Below are positions 1 through 16,200 of a stretch of 50,857 nucleotides of DNA, one piece after another. The DNA comes from Catajapyx aquilonaris (Eukaryota): positions 1 to 50,857 of the forward strand of contig KZ538729.1 of the NCBI GenBank assembly GCA_000934665.2, written 5' to 3'. The notes under the pieces are model-generated. The model did no database searches. It worked only from the letters and a program-made list of their open reading frames with translations, and had not been told where the DNA came from. Made by a program: the position numbers and the translations under genes. How positions within the stretch are numbered: position 1 is the first letter of the stretch; the number at the start of each line of letters is the position of its first letter.

Positions 1-618
1 TGCAACAGAGTGATGGAATGTATGTTTACGGGCATGGGCTAGCTAGTTATGAACAAAAATCCCAAATCCCAGACCAAGGCTAGTTCCCCATTAGGCGCAC
101 ACCGCAACCAGAAAACCCTTTTAGGTAGGAAAAGAGCAGGAAAATATTTTTCTTCATTTTATCAATAATGTTTTTGACAATGCGTAACAAACTTTATTTC
201 TATTTTTTTCAATTCGAAAAATGCATTCTGGCTGCTGTGCAAACGAACCTTGTAATCGCATATTATCATCACGAGTAGGCTCTAATGATTCCTTACATGA
301 AAATTTATAGGGTAAGATTTTTTTATCTGATCGTAAAACAATGCAGCTTAACACCTTGTATTATTTTGCAGTACCATACTCTAAAAGTAACTCACTTTGA
401 ATGCACATAGGTACAGTTTTAACGTCTCTATATGGAATTTTAAGTTGTGTTTTAAACTCTTTTTTATTTAGAATTATGTACCTATCGGCATAAGCCAGCA
501 TATACCATCAGAGCACTAGCAAAGTATCAAAGCTTCGTTAAAATATTAGTCCTCTCCGACGATAATGGCGAGTCAAGATAATCACAAAAATTAATAGCAG
601 GATTTACTTTCAACTCAC

Positions 619-3122
619 ATTTTTCATTAGTGCGTCCAAGTGACGGCCTTCTTTAACCATCAACGTCTCTATCATACCATCGCTCTTTGCTGTTTTCTCT
701 AGTTTGAGAGTTCCTATTTCCGACAATATGTTGACTGCTTCTTTTACGGTAGAAGTTTCGTAGTCATGCCACCTATAAAAATACACATGCCGAGCACTGT
801 TAAAAAGGTACACGTGAATATAGCTGCCACAGTTAAAATGTAAATAAATAGGTAAAAATGGAAAGGGTCTAAACCACCTCTTTCCAAAATGGAGATATTA
901 TTAGGTAAATGTTCTGTTCATAAAGGGAATAGCATTATTACGTCCTAATTCCAATAGGATACCAAGAAAATATCCAGCCACATATGGGAAGGTTCATATA
1001 AGAGAGACGCAACTTTAAACCACTGTATATTAAGTTAATGAAGGGGATATTTTAGGCTTGATATTTCCCTCTACGACTATACCGCTACTCTGTAGGCCTA
1101 CACCTGAAGTAAAGCACTCAAAACAAAAGGAAATTCAGACTTCCTCTTAAGTAGTTAAGTATTGATAACCTCATACTGTACTGTACTAAGTCTAAATGCA
1201 CATCGGTCTTGCATAGTCCCTTTTAATAAACAGTACATTGTGTTAAGTAGATAAGTGATGTCCATTATTGAATTAATTTCTCGTAACTGGAACAGCAGTA
1301 CCTGATGGGATGGAATATTATGCATTTACAGGAAATTATGATAAAAATATGGCAAACATAACATGCTGGGGTCCAATATTCAATTTGCATAATTAAAAAA
1401 AAAAATCTAGTTCACATAGAATGTTAAAAGGCTAGGTATAACTTAGCCTACATATTGTTCTCAAAACGGATTAATAAAATAATGCTGTATAAGTATTCAA
1501 TATCATATCATGTGCGGTTGTTTGTGCCCATATGCTGAAACACCAGGCTCAGCATTATAGGCAGGTCAGAGGTCAGACCCATCGCCTTGTATGGATGGAA
1601 ACGCTGCCTTGTGATGCTAAATGGGATAATATATTATTATACTGTTTAGTATAGGCATACAGGTGTTTGGAAGTATTATGAAAGGGTAATATCACAGGTA
1701 GAAGGCGCTATTCTAAATAGATAGGCCTACGTCATGGCATGATGGCGTCAACAGAGGTTAGAGCCCTGCCAAAAGTTTGGCATAAAGTTCAAAACCGATA
1801 TCGGGTCAGGGTTGAAAATTGTACGTTCTTTAGTCGTATTTAAAGTCATACCTTGTATAGAGTACTAAACTACAGTATTAGCGCTGAACACTGATCAGTA
1901 GTGATCAGCATTATCCGTGAAAATGAGGCGTATTTCTACGCATTCATGTCATTCGGGGCAGTCCTGACTGGACAGCGATTTTGAACAAATCGCTGCTTAC
2001 CAAAATCACAATTTATAGCTTTTTTACCACGCTTTTAGTAGGGCTGTTTGTTACTGTGATTTTTATGACAAAATGCCACACGACAATTCGAGTCAAATCG
2101 GTGTCTCCTACCTGAGGTATGTATGACGCATTTATATAGTACTAGCTGCGGCACCCGGCGTTGCCCGGGAAGAAATGAATGAAGGGAAAACACCTGCCAG
2201 TAGCCCCGTCAGCTGTCTGTCTTTCTGTGTGTCCGCCCACCAATGCCATCTCCTGCTACTCCAACATTTTCAACCTCTCCCGCCTGTATAACGGCAACCG
2301 TCATTTGCCTGCCATATCTGTCATCAACTCCTAACACCTCCCTCCTCTTCCGTCCTGGGGGTGGAGCACAGATGGCAGGCAGATGACGGTTGGCAGGCGG
2401 ACAGACGGAAAGACAGACAGACTCACGAACGGCTTTATTTATATAGATTATTTTCCAAACACGCTGTAGCATCTCATATAGATTTGACCCCATTTTACAT
2501 TTGCTTCATTGTAGTCGTTACTTACGGGTGATTTGGCATGTTCTTCTCAATCATTTCTTGCGTTGCTTTGTTGACGTTGCAAATTGTTACCCCAGGAAAT
2601 GGAATTTTGTATATTGGTGCACTTGTAGACTCGACAGCAGTTGACATAGGACTCTTGGAATATGTATCGAAAATAGGGTACAACAAACAAACAGCTCCTA
2701 TAATCGCCAGGGTGCAGAGAAGAAACCATAAGGCTCTGAAAATGAAAATGTTCATTTCATCTTTCATGATTGAAGGAAAAATATGTAGGCTAAAAGATAT
2801 TTACCAGCATAAGTAGTACTCACTTTTCTGGTCTAAAAGTATCGTCTGCTGTGATGTACTTGAGTCCATGTAAAGAAGTGTTCTGGCAATAATCTGACAT
2901 GCAGTGGCGTAAGTAATCAAGTTTGTTCCTTCTGGGAGGGCCATTTTGAGCCATTCTTCTTTCTGCTGCCAACCTGGAAGTGACATGACCTAACTTGATC
3001 TCCCATGGATAAGGATTAGGTTGCACAATGCTCTTCGCTGGCATCCATCCCATTATCTTCCGTATGTCTGGTCTGGTGGAAAACAGGCTTCCGGGGTGAC
3101 CTGGATTCGGTGGATTCTCCAT
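619..3122 (-). CDS. ppk: Pickpocket/DEG-ENaC channel copy A, 5' part only (exons 3122-2824, 2735-2526, 772-619; remainder presumably beyond the left edge)
   Basis: Exon 1 ends ...DYCQNTSLHGLKYI (pre-TM1 HG motif). Exon 2 has TM1 (ALWFLLCTLAIIGAVCLL) and IPFPGVTICNVNK. Introns are GT-AG with consistent phases, and exons 2 and 3 (210, 154 nt) match copy B. Orthology to a specific Drosophila ppk cannot be assigned. Confidence 0.9.
2142..2447 (-). mobile_element. Non-autonomous Helitron in intron 2 of copy A
   Basis: The minus strand begins TCTATATAAATAAA, carries a (GTCT)n tract, and ends with the hairpin CCCGGGCAACGCCGGG followed by CTAG. It is inserted between A and T with no TSD. Confidence 0.8.
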
Positions 3123-3387
3123 GTTGATTGTTAACGCCTGCAGTAGAAAGATAAATGTACTTATAGACTATGTTCGAGTCAGGTTATTTTTAGTTCATCG
3201 CAGTAATGAAAAACTAACTTATATGAACTATTTTTGTAAGGGAAGAGAAATGGAAGGACACTAGGAACAGAATATAATATTATTAAATGTACATTTTGCA
3301 TGTTTGTTCTACAAATTAAATTCAGTGGTAAGTTCTGTTCTCAAGACCGGATCTTGTAAGTAATAAGAAATCTTCCGTTCAGATCTA

Positions 3388-4224
3388 CAAGGTGTTTCAA
3401 AAGTCGGTACCTATATTTTTATTTACGAATAACTTTCCAACGAGTACACCTACGGAAGTGATATATGATTCAAAATGTGCGGGAATTCATGAGAATTTAC
3501 CTGGGTGACACTTTGATACTGTGGCACTGCTAGCGAGTGCAACTTTACACTTCTTCCGCGGTGGCGCTGTTAGCGGGCACAGGTTGACACTTCTTGCCGT
3601 GGTGGCAGCTGTGAACAAAATGTCGCACCACCTCTCTCGCTCTCTGTGGTATCACAGGCCAGCCCCCGAACACTCCGACCCCATCCGTATGTCCAGGCAG
3701 GTGGTCCAACATTTTGTTCACAGCTGCCCCCGTTATCAGCGCCACCACGGCAACAAGTGTCAACCTGCGCCCGCTAATAGCGCCACCGTGGAAGAAGTGG
3801 GGGGTGTGGTGGGAAAACATGATAACTGACAAAGGCGTAATTTTTCAGGAGAGCGAATTAAAGTTTGCATTTTCTTAACAAATCATATCTAGGGAATGCT
3901 GGTATGGATCTAGTTAGTCCATGTGGCCGTCTCGTGCATGATACATGAACTTGGAGTATACCAAACTGTTTGTCATGTCTTATACATAGTTGCTAGGTGT
4001 TTAGGTAAAAAATGACAAAAATGTCAGTTATCATGTTTTTCCACCACACCCTTGAAGTGTAAAGCTGCGCTCGCTAGCAGTGTCACAGTAGCAAAGTGTC
4101 ACCCAGATAAATCCTCATGAATTCCCGCACATTTTTAATCATAACTTATATCACTTCCGTAGGTGTACTCGTTGGAAAGTTATTCGGAAATAAAAATAGG
4201 TATACCGACTTTTGAAACACCCTG
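3388..4224. mobile_element. Tc1/mariner-type MITE with two internal hairpins
   Basis: Imperfect TIRs of about 165 bp (CA(A/G)GGTGTTTCAAAAGTCGGTA...) flanked by TA on both sides. Confidence 0.85.
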
Positions 4225-4391
4225 TACAAGTAGTTCAGAGAGATGTTTCTCAAGATTCGGCCAAATTGTCTGGGAGAAAAAAGTAAGCCTATTAACGGAA
4301 GTTCATCCCTGAAAATTGCATATTACAAAATTATGTACAAATACATAGTAAGTCTCAGATGTACGTTTCGTCCGTTAATATGAATCAATTT

Positions 4392-4735
4392 GGGGAGACG
4401 GAGTGGCGCCGCGGTAACGCGCGCGCCCACGGAAGTTAAGGTCCCGGGTTCAATCCCCACCCGGGGGTTCCCACCTTCTTTCGTGCAGAGTTGGGCCATC
4501 TCTGGCTTCGTTTCGGGTGGCAATTTCCGGCAGACTAAGCCACCCGGGGGAGTTCACAAAATGACGATTAGAGACATTGCACTTGCACTTTGCACATCCC
4601 CTCCCACCCACCCTTGGAGCATACTAATTAAGATTCTTCTTAAACTCGCTCCAAAAACAATTCCAAAGGTGGCAACCCACCCCCCCCCCCTAAGGAGTAG
4701 TATAACTCCCCCCGTGGGGTAATGAAAAAAAACAA
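4392..4735 (+). mobile_element. tRNA-derived SINE
   Basis: A-box-like GTGGCGCCGCGG, B-box GGTTCAATCCC, A-rich tail, 12-bp TSD ATGAATCAATTT (4380-4391 / 4736-4747). A close copy lies at 46956. Confidence 0.88.
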
Positions 4736-4749
4736 ATGAATCAATTTTA

Positions 4750-5622
4750 TTTTTACACGCTTTATATTAGCTTCACCGTCACGGGTGTGTGTGAGTGTGC
4801 GTGCAGCGAGTTCGCAATTTCCACACTATCTAGTGGTAGGTAGTCACGTCAGTGGGTGAGTTCGCAACATCCACGCCAGACTGCGCGGCGGAGTGACAGG
4901 CTCTCATAATAGAGTTCGCTACCTCCACACTAGAGGGCGGGAGTAGACACAAGAGACTGTCATCTTAGATGGCGCGACTACTCGCCTTTCCTCCATCATC
5001 CACCACCGAAACACCGTCACTTCCCCATTATATCACCAGACAGTTACACCCGGTTACACATCACCTCCTCATCAGGACCAAGGAACTTACTGTAAGTGTT
5101 CTTTCTTTTCTCTCCATAAATGTGGCATTGTATATGCTACATATCGGCAGTGACAGCCGCACAAACACACCGAAAATCGGTGTCATTCTAATTCTGAGCT
5201 ATTAAATCACATTTTCTTCTAATCCATGACGTCTTTTATTTCAATGTACACTCTAACACTACTACTACCTAACTCCCCATGTACTGTTCACGCCATTCCT
5301 TCCACTTTATCACTAAAAACAGTTAAAATAAAAATAAATAAATTAACCTTTTTAAGAACACGCTCTATCTTTCCAAGTGCACTAAAAATTAGAAAATAAT
5401 TTCTTCCAGAATCTTCAGCTTTCTCTTCGACATTGAACTAAACAGAAGATTCATTACTTTCCTCCCATATAGGTATTGTTTTGCTTTCCTTATATTCTCA
5501 TAAGGCCTACGTGACAAAAAATAAAGCGTGGTCACTAATTACACATTTCATACATCCATACTATTGAACATTACCATATTCAGTATTAAATGTAATATGT
5601 TAGTACCCACGCTTTAATTTTT
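4750..5622. mobile_element. Possible Helentron-associated (HINE/DINE-like) element
   Basis: Starts TTTTACACGCTTTATATTAGCTTCACC followed by a (GT)-like tract and three GAGTTCGC..CCAC repeats spaced about 50 bp apart. It has a subterminal inverted TAAAGCGTG (5522) and a terminal hairpin at 5520-5620. Boundaries are uncertain and overlap the foldback element below. Confidence 0.45.
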
Positions 5623-6092
5623 GTTATGTGGGCCTTATGAGAACCAGGGTCACCTACATGAGTGCCTCCCCCACCTAGACAGGGTATTGTCTCTTCGCCA
5701 TATTGGATCTAAATCACGTAGGAGCTACATGCAGTGAAAAAAAAACAATTGAAAAAAAAACAAAAAAAATCGCTTGCCAATTCCCTATCCTGCAGCATGC
5801 AATCTAGATCCAATATGGCCGCCCCATAAGGACTACGTGAAGACAATACCCTGGTTAGGGTGGGGGAGGCAACCATGTAGGGGACCCTGATGAGAACATA
5901 AGTAAAGCAAAACAATACTGCAGTAGCTGAATACCATCATGGAAGTAAAGCAATGAATCTTCTGCACCTAGTCCGTGATCTTCTGTTTAGTTCAATATCA
6001 AAGAGAAAGCCGAAGATTCTGGAAGAAATTATTTTCCAATTTTTAGTGCACTTGGAAATAAAGCGTATAAAGCGTGTTCTTAAAAAGGTTTT
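5343..6092. repeat. Large foldback (nested inverted repeats), probably a decayed MITE
   Basis: 5343-5468 is the imperfect reverse complement of 5939-6092, and 5634-5711 pairs with 5804-5902. Confidence 0.7.
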
Positions 6093-6650
6093 TTATGAAT
6101 TTTTATTTAAAAGTTACGTTGTTGTTATGCTCCTAGTGTTTATTTGAAATGGATCAGTCATTTGTTTACATTAACATGTATTTAGTGTAAGGTCAACTAT
6201 GTAATACGCAGCTCCCTGGTCATTCGTACTAAAATATAGATGAAAAAAAGTGTTCGCAATATTGTCATTTTAAACGTTTAAAGTTTTATCATCTGTGCCT
6301 TGCACATTTCTACGTGCTTTTGCACAGAGGGTGGTAGGCTAACTCCTGGATCGTTTGCAAGCGAAATGAATTTCACTTATGTCATAGGAGATTGCATAAT
6401 TTTTGTCTGCAAGGCTTTAATTACCTCATGCAGGGCAATAAAGTTTTTAATTGGTTACCATTGCTTGTTTAGGGAATATCCTTTATATTATACAACACGT
6501 CTAGCAACACTGTAAGAATGGAAATGCCGTGCAGGATATTATCTTTAAACTGTATGTTCACGCAGACGTGTAGCTTACGTCTCATGCTGTAGTGTAACTT
6601 CCATTTGTTATAAATTTATGTAAAATTTTATAACAAATGGAGGAAATATA

Positions 6651-7056
6651 CAGGGTGGTCCAACTTTTTTTGTCCGAACAGCTATTGACAAATTCGGCCT
6701 AAGCTGCTTATGTTGTAGTGCGTTACCTGGCAACCCCGGCCGGCGGGCCAATTCAAACATCAGCACGTGGAGACAAGTGCTAAGTGTTCTTTCCATTGTC
6801 ATTGGCTTGTTCTTAGTAACATCATTATTTTCCCTGCTTACCCCTTGCTACTGATTTGTAAGCAGGCAGAGACCCGTCGCTGGGTCGTCCGCGTCACTCA
6901 CTCGATTTGTAAACAGTGGCAACAATGGAAGCGCTCTCCATGGGCTGATGTTTGAATTGGCCCGCCGGACAGGGTTGCCAGGTAACTCACTACAACATAA
7001 GCAGCTTAGGCCGAATTTGTCAATAGCTGTTCGGACAAAAAAGTTGGACCACCCTG
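6651..7056. mobile_element. Tc1/mariner-type MITE
   Basis: TIRs of about 120 bp (CAGGGTGGTCCAACTTTTTT... / ...AAAAAAGTTGGACCACCCTG) with TA flanks. Confidence 0.88.
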
Positions 7057-9087
7057 TATATATATAATTGAATGGTTTGGTGCGAAAACAGGATAAGTCC
7101 ACTTTTGGCTGAAAATGAGTCATGGGTGTTTCTACCATCTTGGGACCATTATGCATCATTCGGCATCATTTGGCATGGATATGCAAAATTAGGCGCTAAT
7201 CTCTAAGGCTCGAAGATTTCCCGAATATAAATAGTGTTTTTGAACAGTATTAGTTAAAGTCATGCGCAATATAAATGTGGATATGCTCAGGTATATACGT
7301 AAGGGAAGCTGGTTTGATAAATGTTACAAGTTTTTCCAAATGACAGTGTGCGTGCACATTATTTTGTAACGCGGTAATGCGGTGCGAATTAGGTATTTTC
7401 AGACGGGTTTATCATGCAATAATATTATTATCTACGTACATACCTCAGAGTAGACGAAATTGTTCTTCACCTGCTCACATGATGCAATAGTAGAGTATTC
7501 GGAATCGGAAAAATGACTTCAAGTTTCATCCCAGCACTTTCAGCACCTGACTCACTGACGGCCAACGTTGTTCTGATCAGTTCTGACTATTAAGTACTGG
7601 GAAATTCTCCAGAAAAAGTTTTAGGCAATTACACAACGCTGGGCATGTGGTTTTGCCCCAGCAGCGTGTCTGGCACAGGCCATTGTTCACGGCAGCATTG
7701 AAAAGAGGAGAACGGATTCGATCGTGGAGGGATTCTACGAATTTGACTCTTTTAAGAATGACGTAGACAGTTTCACGGATCTGCCTTATGTAACCGCTTG
7801 TAAAATTACAGCGTTGTCAGAGTGTTACAAAAACACGTAAGGTAGTTTTTTCTCAGCAGTTGCTCATTTCAATTAGGGCAAATACCAATTCAGTCCAATA
7901 CAATGCAATGCGCAATGCAAAACGCTGATGCTTTTCATGGTATAGCATGTCAGTGGCATTGCAGCCGATACTGTATAAGTTAAATTTCTAAACACTCGGT
8001 TTACAGGAGAACGAGTGGCGGCAAAAATATTTGGAGGACAACACAGCCATCATGCTTGGTCATAACTTATACGTCGTGTCTTAGGATTACTTTTGGTCCA
8101 GACTTTGGGTCGGGTCGTCTCTTTCATCTGCATCCTAAATAGTAATTCTGCAACAACAACCTCCACCTCCCTGAATTTCCAACGTCAACACCGAATAAGA
8201 TTACTATTATACATTGTGCATACATTGATATAGTCTCGAGTTATACAGTTAATGTTGTATTTAGCTTCAACCCTGAAATCATGTTAATTTCTTTGACCTC
8301 TACCTTCATATACTATTTTACGAGTTATTTCAATAATATTTATGATTACAGTAGTGGTCAAAAAGGTTGTCACTTTTTATGCAAATATCATGAGGCATTG
8401 GATTCTTATCAATGTGGAATGAAACAGCAAGAAGTATACTTAATTTGTCATTGCATTATTTATTATTGTGCTAGTTACAGCGCAGGTGATACGACAATCG
8501 CAGGAACAATTAGCAAGAAATTACAAACCCAGGTGATTTACGCCCGATTAAATTATATTGAAGAATTCAATAAATTACCGGTACCGTAATTGGAAATGAT
8601 TGCGTCTCGTACCTTTCCTACCACTACCACACGTAGAAATATATTGTGCCAGGGTGTCGGATGCTCCAGCAGCTTGATTTCATCTCTGGCTGGAGAGCCT
8701 AAAAGCCCTAAATGATGTTTTCGCAAATGCGAGAATTATTTCATAAGTACTACGTAAATAAACCATATGTTTCGATGCAAAAAAACATAGGCGTCAGGGA
8801 ACAAGAAGTACCGTACCTCGAATAAGCATCAAACTTGCTATTTTCCTGTATGAAATGAAGTAGGTTTTATGGCTTCCGTTCCAAGATAATGATGTCACAT
8901 GCCATTCAGTAGTTGCTTGATTAGTGTGGATGCACTACCTACTTTTCGTTCGAGTCACTTAATATTCATATGTTAATCTTATAGCCTTTATTGTAATAAT
9001 CAATTTATATCAATAATATATTATTATGTAATATAATGGCTATAAAGGCTCAATATAATATAATATAATATAACTGGGTTTTTGTGT

Positions 9088-12817
<3,730 letters not shown>

Positions 12818-13068
12818 TTTAAACCATTTATTCCACTGCTGGAAAGTGTGATCACAATTACGTTTTAGTTCAAATTTTCATTCCTGGAGGATGTTCAAAA
12901 TACGTCATTCTTAGAAAAACAGCCCCGAATTCCTACTTCTCATTTTCCATCAGCATGATATTTTTGTGATTGCAAGTGCTTTGTACTGCCTTCCTGGCAC
13001 CATGTCCAATATGACTGGTTTGAGTCAACAGATTTTCTGTATTCACTAGTATGTAAGCAATATATTGA

Positions 13069-13194
13069 GACATTACACTTGCACTAGTGTCCCCCCCCCC
13101 CCTCATTATCCCTATCCTGTCCCCTGCACCGAATGGTAGTATTCCACCCCCTTAAGAGGGCCTAGGGCCCTAGCACGGGGTACAACAACAAAAA
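13069..13194 (+). mobile_element. 5'-truncated SINE (core plus tail)
   Basis: GACATTACACTTGCAC...TATTCCACCCCCTTAAGAGGGCCTAGGGCCCTAGCACGGGGTA matches the 3' end of the SINE at 37618-37965. Confidence 0.75.
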
Positions 13195-16100
13195 TTGCAA
13201 TAAGGACAACTATTTATTTTAGAGCTAGTTGCATGAAATCCAATTATGGCAAATCTCAGATTATGTACGGGTATTCGCAATTCATAATCCGACAAAATAG
13301 ACGATTTCGTCTCGATTTTGCCTTCACAAAGCCGGCCCTTACTGTGCACCAATTTTTGTCCATCCAGTCCCTTGATGAACACAGTATTTTGGAATAATGC
13401 ACCATCATTCGGAGCCCTCAATAGTTAACAGGTATACAAAACAGAGACACATACCTTGTACTCTGTAATCCTCACCTCCTCACATGGCACCCATACAGAA
13501 CACTCGTTGCGAGACAGATGACTCAATTTCTCCAAATGCACTGGTTTCTGATTGATTTGCATTTGACTTTGAAGTAAATTGTCATGAGTTTGTTTAGAAA
13601 CGCTTTCATTTGGTCGGACAATGGCGGGCATGACCGTAGTTACAATTGAATGTCTAGGTTGCGTGTCAGTTGTTACATATTGACCTTGAAAATGGGTTTG
13701 CTGGATTAATTGTTATTGCAAAATGTTGCGTGACAAGCATTATTGATATGAAATTTACACCATGTATGGCTTGCGGAAATAATGAAACCTAATGGAGTTG
13801 GTAGTCATAGAGTTATTCAGACCTTACATCGAATAAAAATGGCTGAAGAGAATAGGTGAAAACGAATGGCAAAAAGTTCTTGTGCTAACGGACTGCACAG
13901 CAAAGGAGCAGTGCAGATACCACAGATAGCAGCTGCAAATGTGATGAAGTATTCAACAGCTTCCGGCCTATCTCTTCTCAGAAGTAGAGTATGAATGGTG
14001 GTTATGTCATGATAATGGAGCTGGAGGTGAAAATTATTTACTGAGCAGGTCATTTCTTTTTCAGACAGTCATCTCGGAACTGGAGGGGAATAATAAATAG
14101 GTCTGTAGGAATAGTACACGAAGCAAGCTCTGTTTTATCTGGACTTCGCAAGGTCAGAGTGAGTAATGACATGATCACATTTTTCGTCTAAATTGAGTTC
14201 TTTGATGTACTATTATTAGCATGATTTAAAGAATGTAATAATTTCAAATTTTAAATACCTCATTTGAATATCGCTTTTGACCGTCAGAAAACTAATCTTC
14301 TCATTTCCTGTCTCGGAAATTATTAATCGCGAATAAAAGATGCATGAAAGGTTGAAAGGTGACCACCAATTAGGATATCATCCGTGTCTGAGAAGATTCT
14401 ATTAACCTGTAAAAGTAGGATAATTTTTAGGAGTAATTAAAATATTTCATAATACAACTTTGTTTATTACGTAGGTCTGATCATGCGCCTACTAGCCTAC
14501 TTCACATTGAAATTTTAAGTCCGTATTAATTAATCAGTTAATCATCATTATGGTGCCTATTAATTACACCGTAGTACCGACAGCGTCATGTGACAGAAAT
14601 TTTGAAGAATTTTTATACCTTGTGTTCCATAAGTAAGCGAGCTGCCTTTATTTGTAGAAATATCGCTGATGATAATATATTCCAACTTGTTCCGGTAATC
14701 TCACCTTTTTTTAGCAATGAATAATATTACAGGAAGTGTTGGAAAGCCCAATGGAATTTTCAACAATGCATATGATGTCACTTACAGACTGAAGTTGTGA
14801 GCATAGATAACCTTTAATATCTATGGTTGTGAGGTCACAGGGACGGATGTAAATTATTAAAGTCAGAAATATTTGTACCAATAAGGATGATGAAACTTAT
14901 GATGCACATGGTGTATGTAACTAGTGGTAAGGCTGTTCAATGTTCATGATGCTGTAGCACAAAAAATGGAGGTCCTAAAAATGTCACTTTTCCATTTAAA
15001 CTTTTGTTCTTACACAACATTCTGTGATAAGGAACTTAACTGTCCTCGGTGTGTGTTTGCTGACTTGATGGTTTGGCAATATATAGTAGTTTGTCTCTAG
15101 ACCTTAATAACCTTTTTCCCGCTGTCTTTCCTCCATTATTTACAAGCACTTTAGATGCTGTTGTTTATTGAAGGTCTCTATGCCTCCCGCGGCCCGCAAG
15201 TGTGCCCGAAAAAGATACACATTAGAAAGTGGAATATCTCAGCTCTGGGTAGGAATAGGAGTGTGAAATTTTTCTGAACGATTGCAAATTCACTCTTTTG
15301 CATTTTTGGTAGCAAGTAATGCGCGGTGTTGATAACCCATGGTTTACGTGGAAATCAGCATTTTTTCCGATTAAAAGATTGTCACGGGAGCTGAGAGGAT
15401 CCTTAGATTTTTCTCACAATTCTCACAATTACAGATAACGCCCAACATTATTATGGCTGCATATGTTCACTAAAGGTGATATTTAATTTAAAATTATTTT
15501 GCAACACTCGTTACACAGCTTCAGGCCCTTCTGCAGGAGTAGGACAATGGGGAACCCTAATTTTGGATATATATCATTCTTGTTTCAGTGAACAATTGGA
15601 AACTATGAGTCAACCATCATCCATACCGACAGTATAATATTGCCATAAAAATAAAAATAAAAATAATCTACGGCTCCTGACGCCACCTGATAACATACTG
15701 TATATTTTACAGCAAGTGAATTTTAAAGTCGCGAATTTGTAATGAGGATTTCAGAAATATCGGAATGGATAAGTTATAATATAATAATATATACTGTAAT
15801 ATAATAAGTTAGAAGTTATAAGATACTTTTCATATTGTATCACTGAGAGCAAGTTTCACAAAAATTGTGACCGTTCAGGGCAAAAAACCCTCCTGGAACA
15901 CAGACTTTTACGCATATTCAAACAGGTTATCAACATCGCTAGAATCAAATATATTTTGTTGACACAAAAATCGTGTATTTGCAATAGTTGACTAGGTAAA
16001 GAAAAAGGACAGCGTTCTCGAAGTCTAAGTGGTTTAGCCTATCTTAAAACTGCTACAAAAGGTCAGCGCTGTTATCAAAGCAGGCTATAGTGAAATACCC

Positions 16101-16200
16101 ACCGGACCATGAAGTTCCTGATCACAGTAAACAATTTTGTGATTGAATAATCGTGTGTAACTGATGTGACAATTTAATGCATCCAGTCATTTTATGAATA

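Noticed and set aside
3521..3832. Two similar ORFs on opposite strands
   Set aside because: Produced by the palindromic MITE interior.
4392..4470. tRNA-like sequences (also 26661, 37192, 37965, 46956)
   Set aside because: They are SINE heads with bodies, tails and TSDs, not standalone tRNA genes.
7600..7840. Short open frame ending at a GTAAG donor-like site
   Set aside because: No start codon, partner exon or recognisable protein motif.
13200..14410. Short ORFs between copies B and C
   Set aside because: No recognisable transposase, reverse transcriptase or channel motifs.
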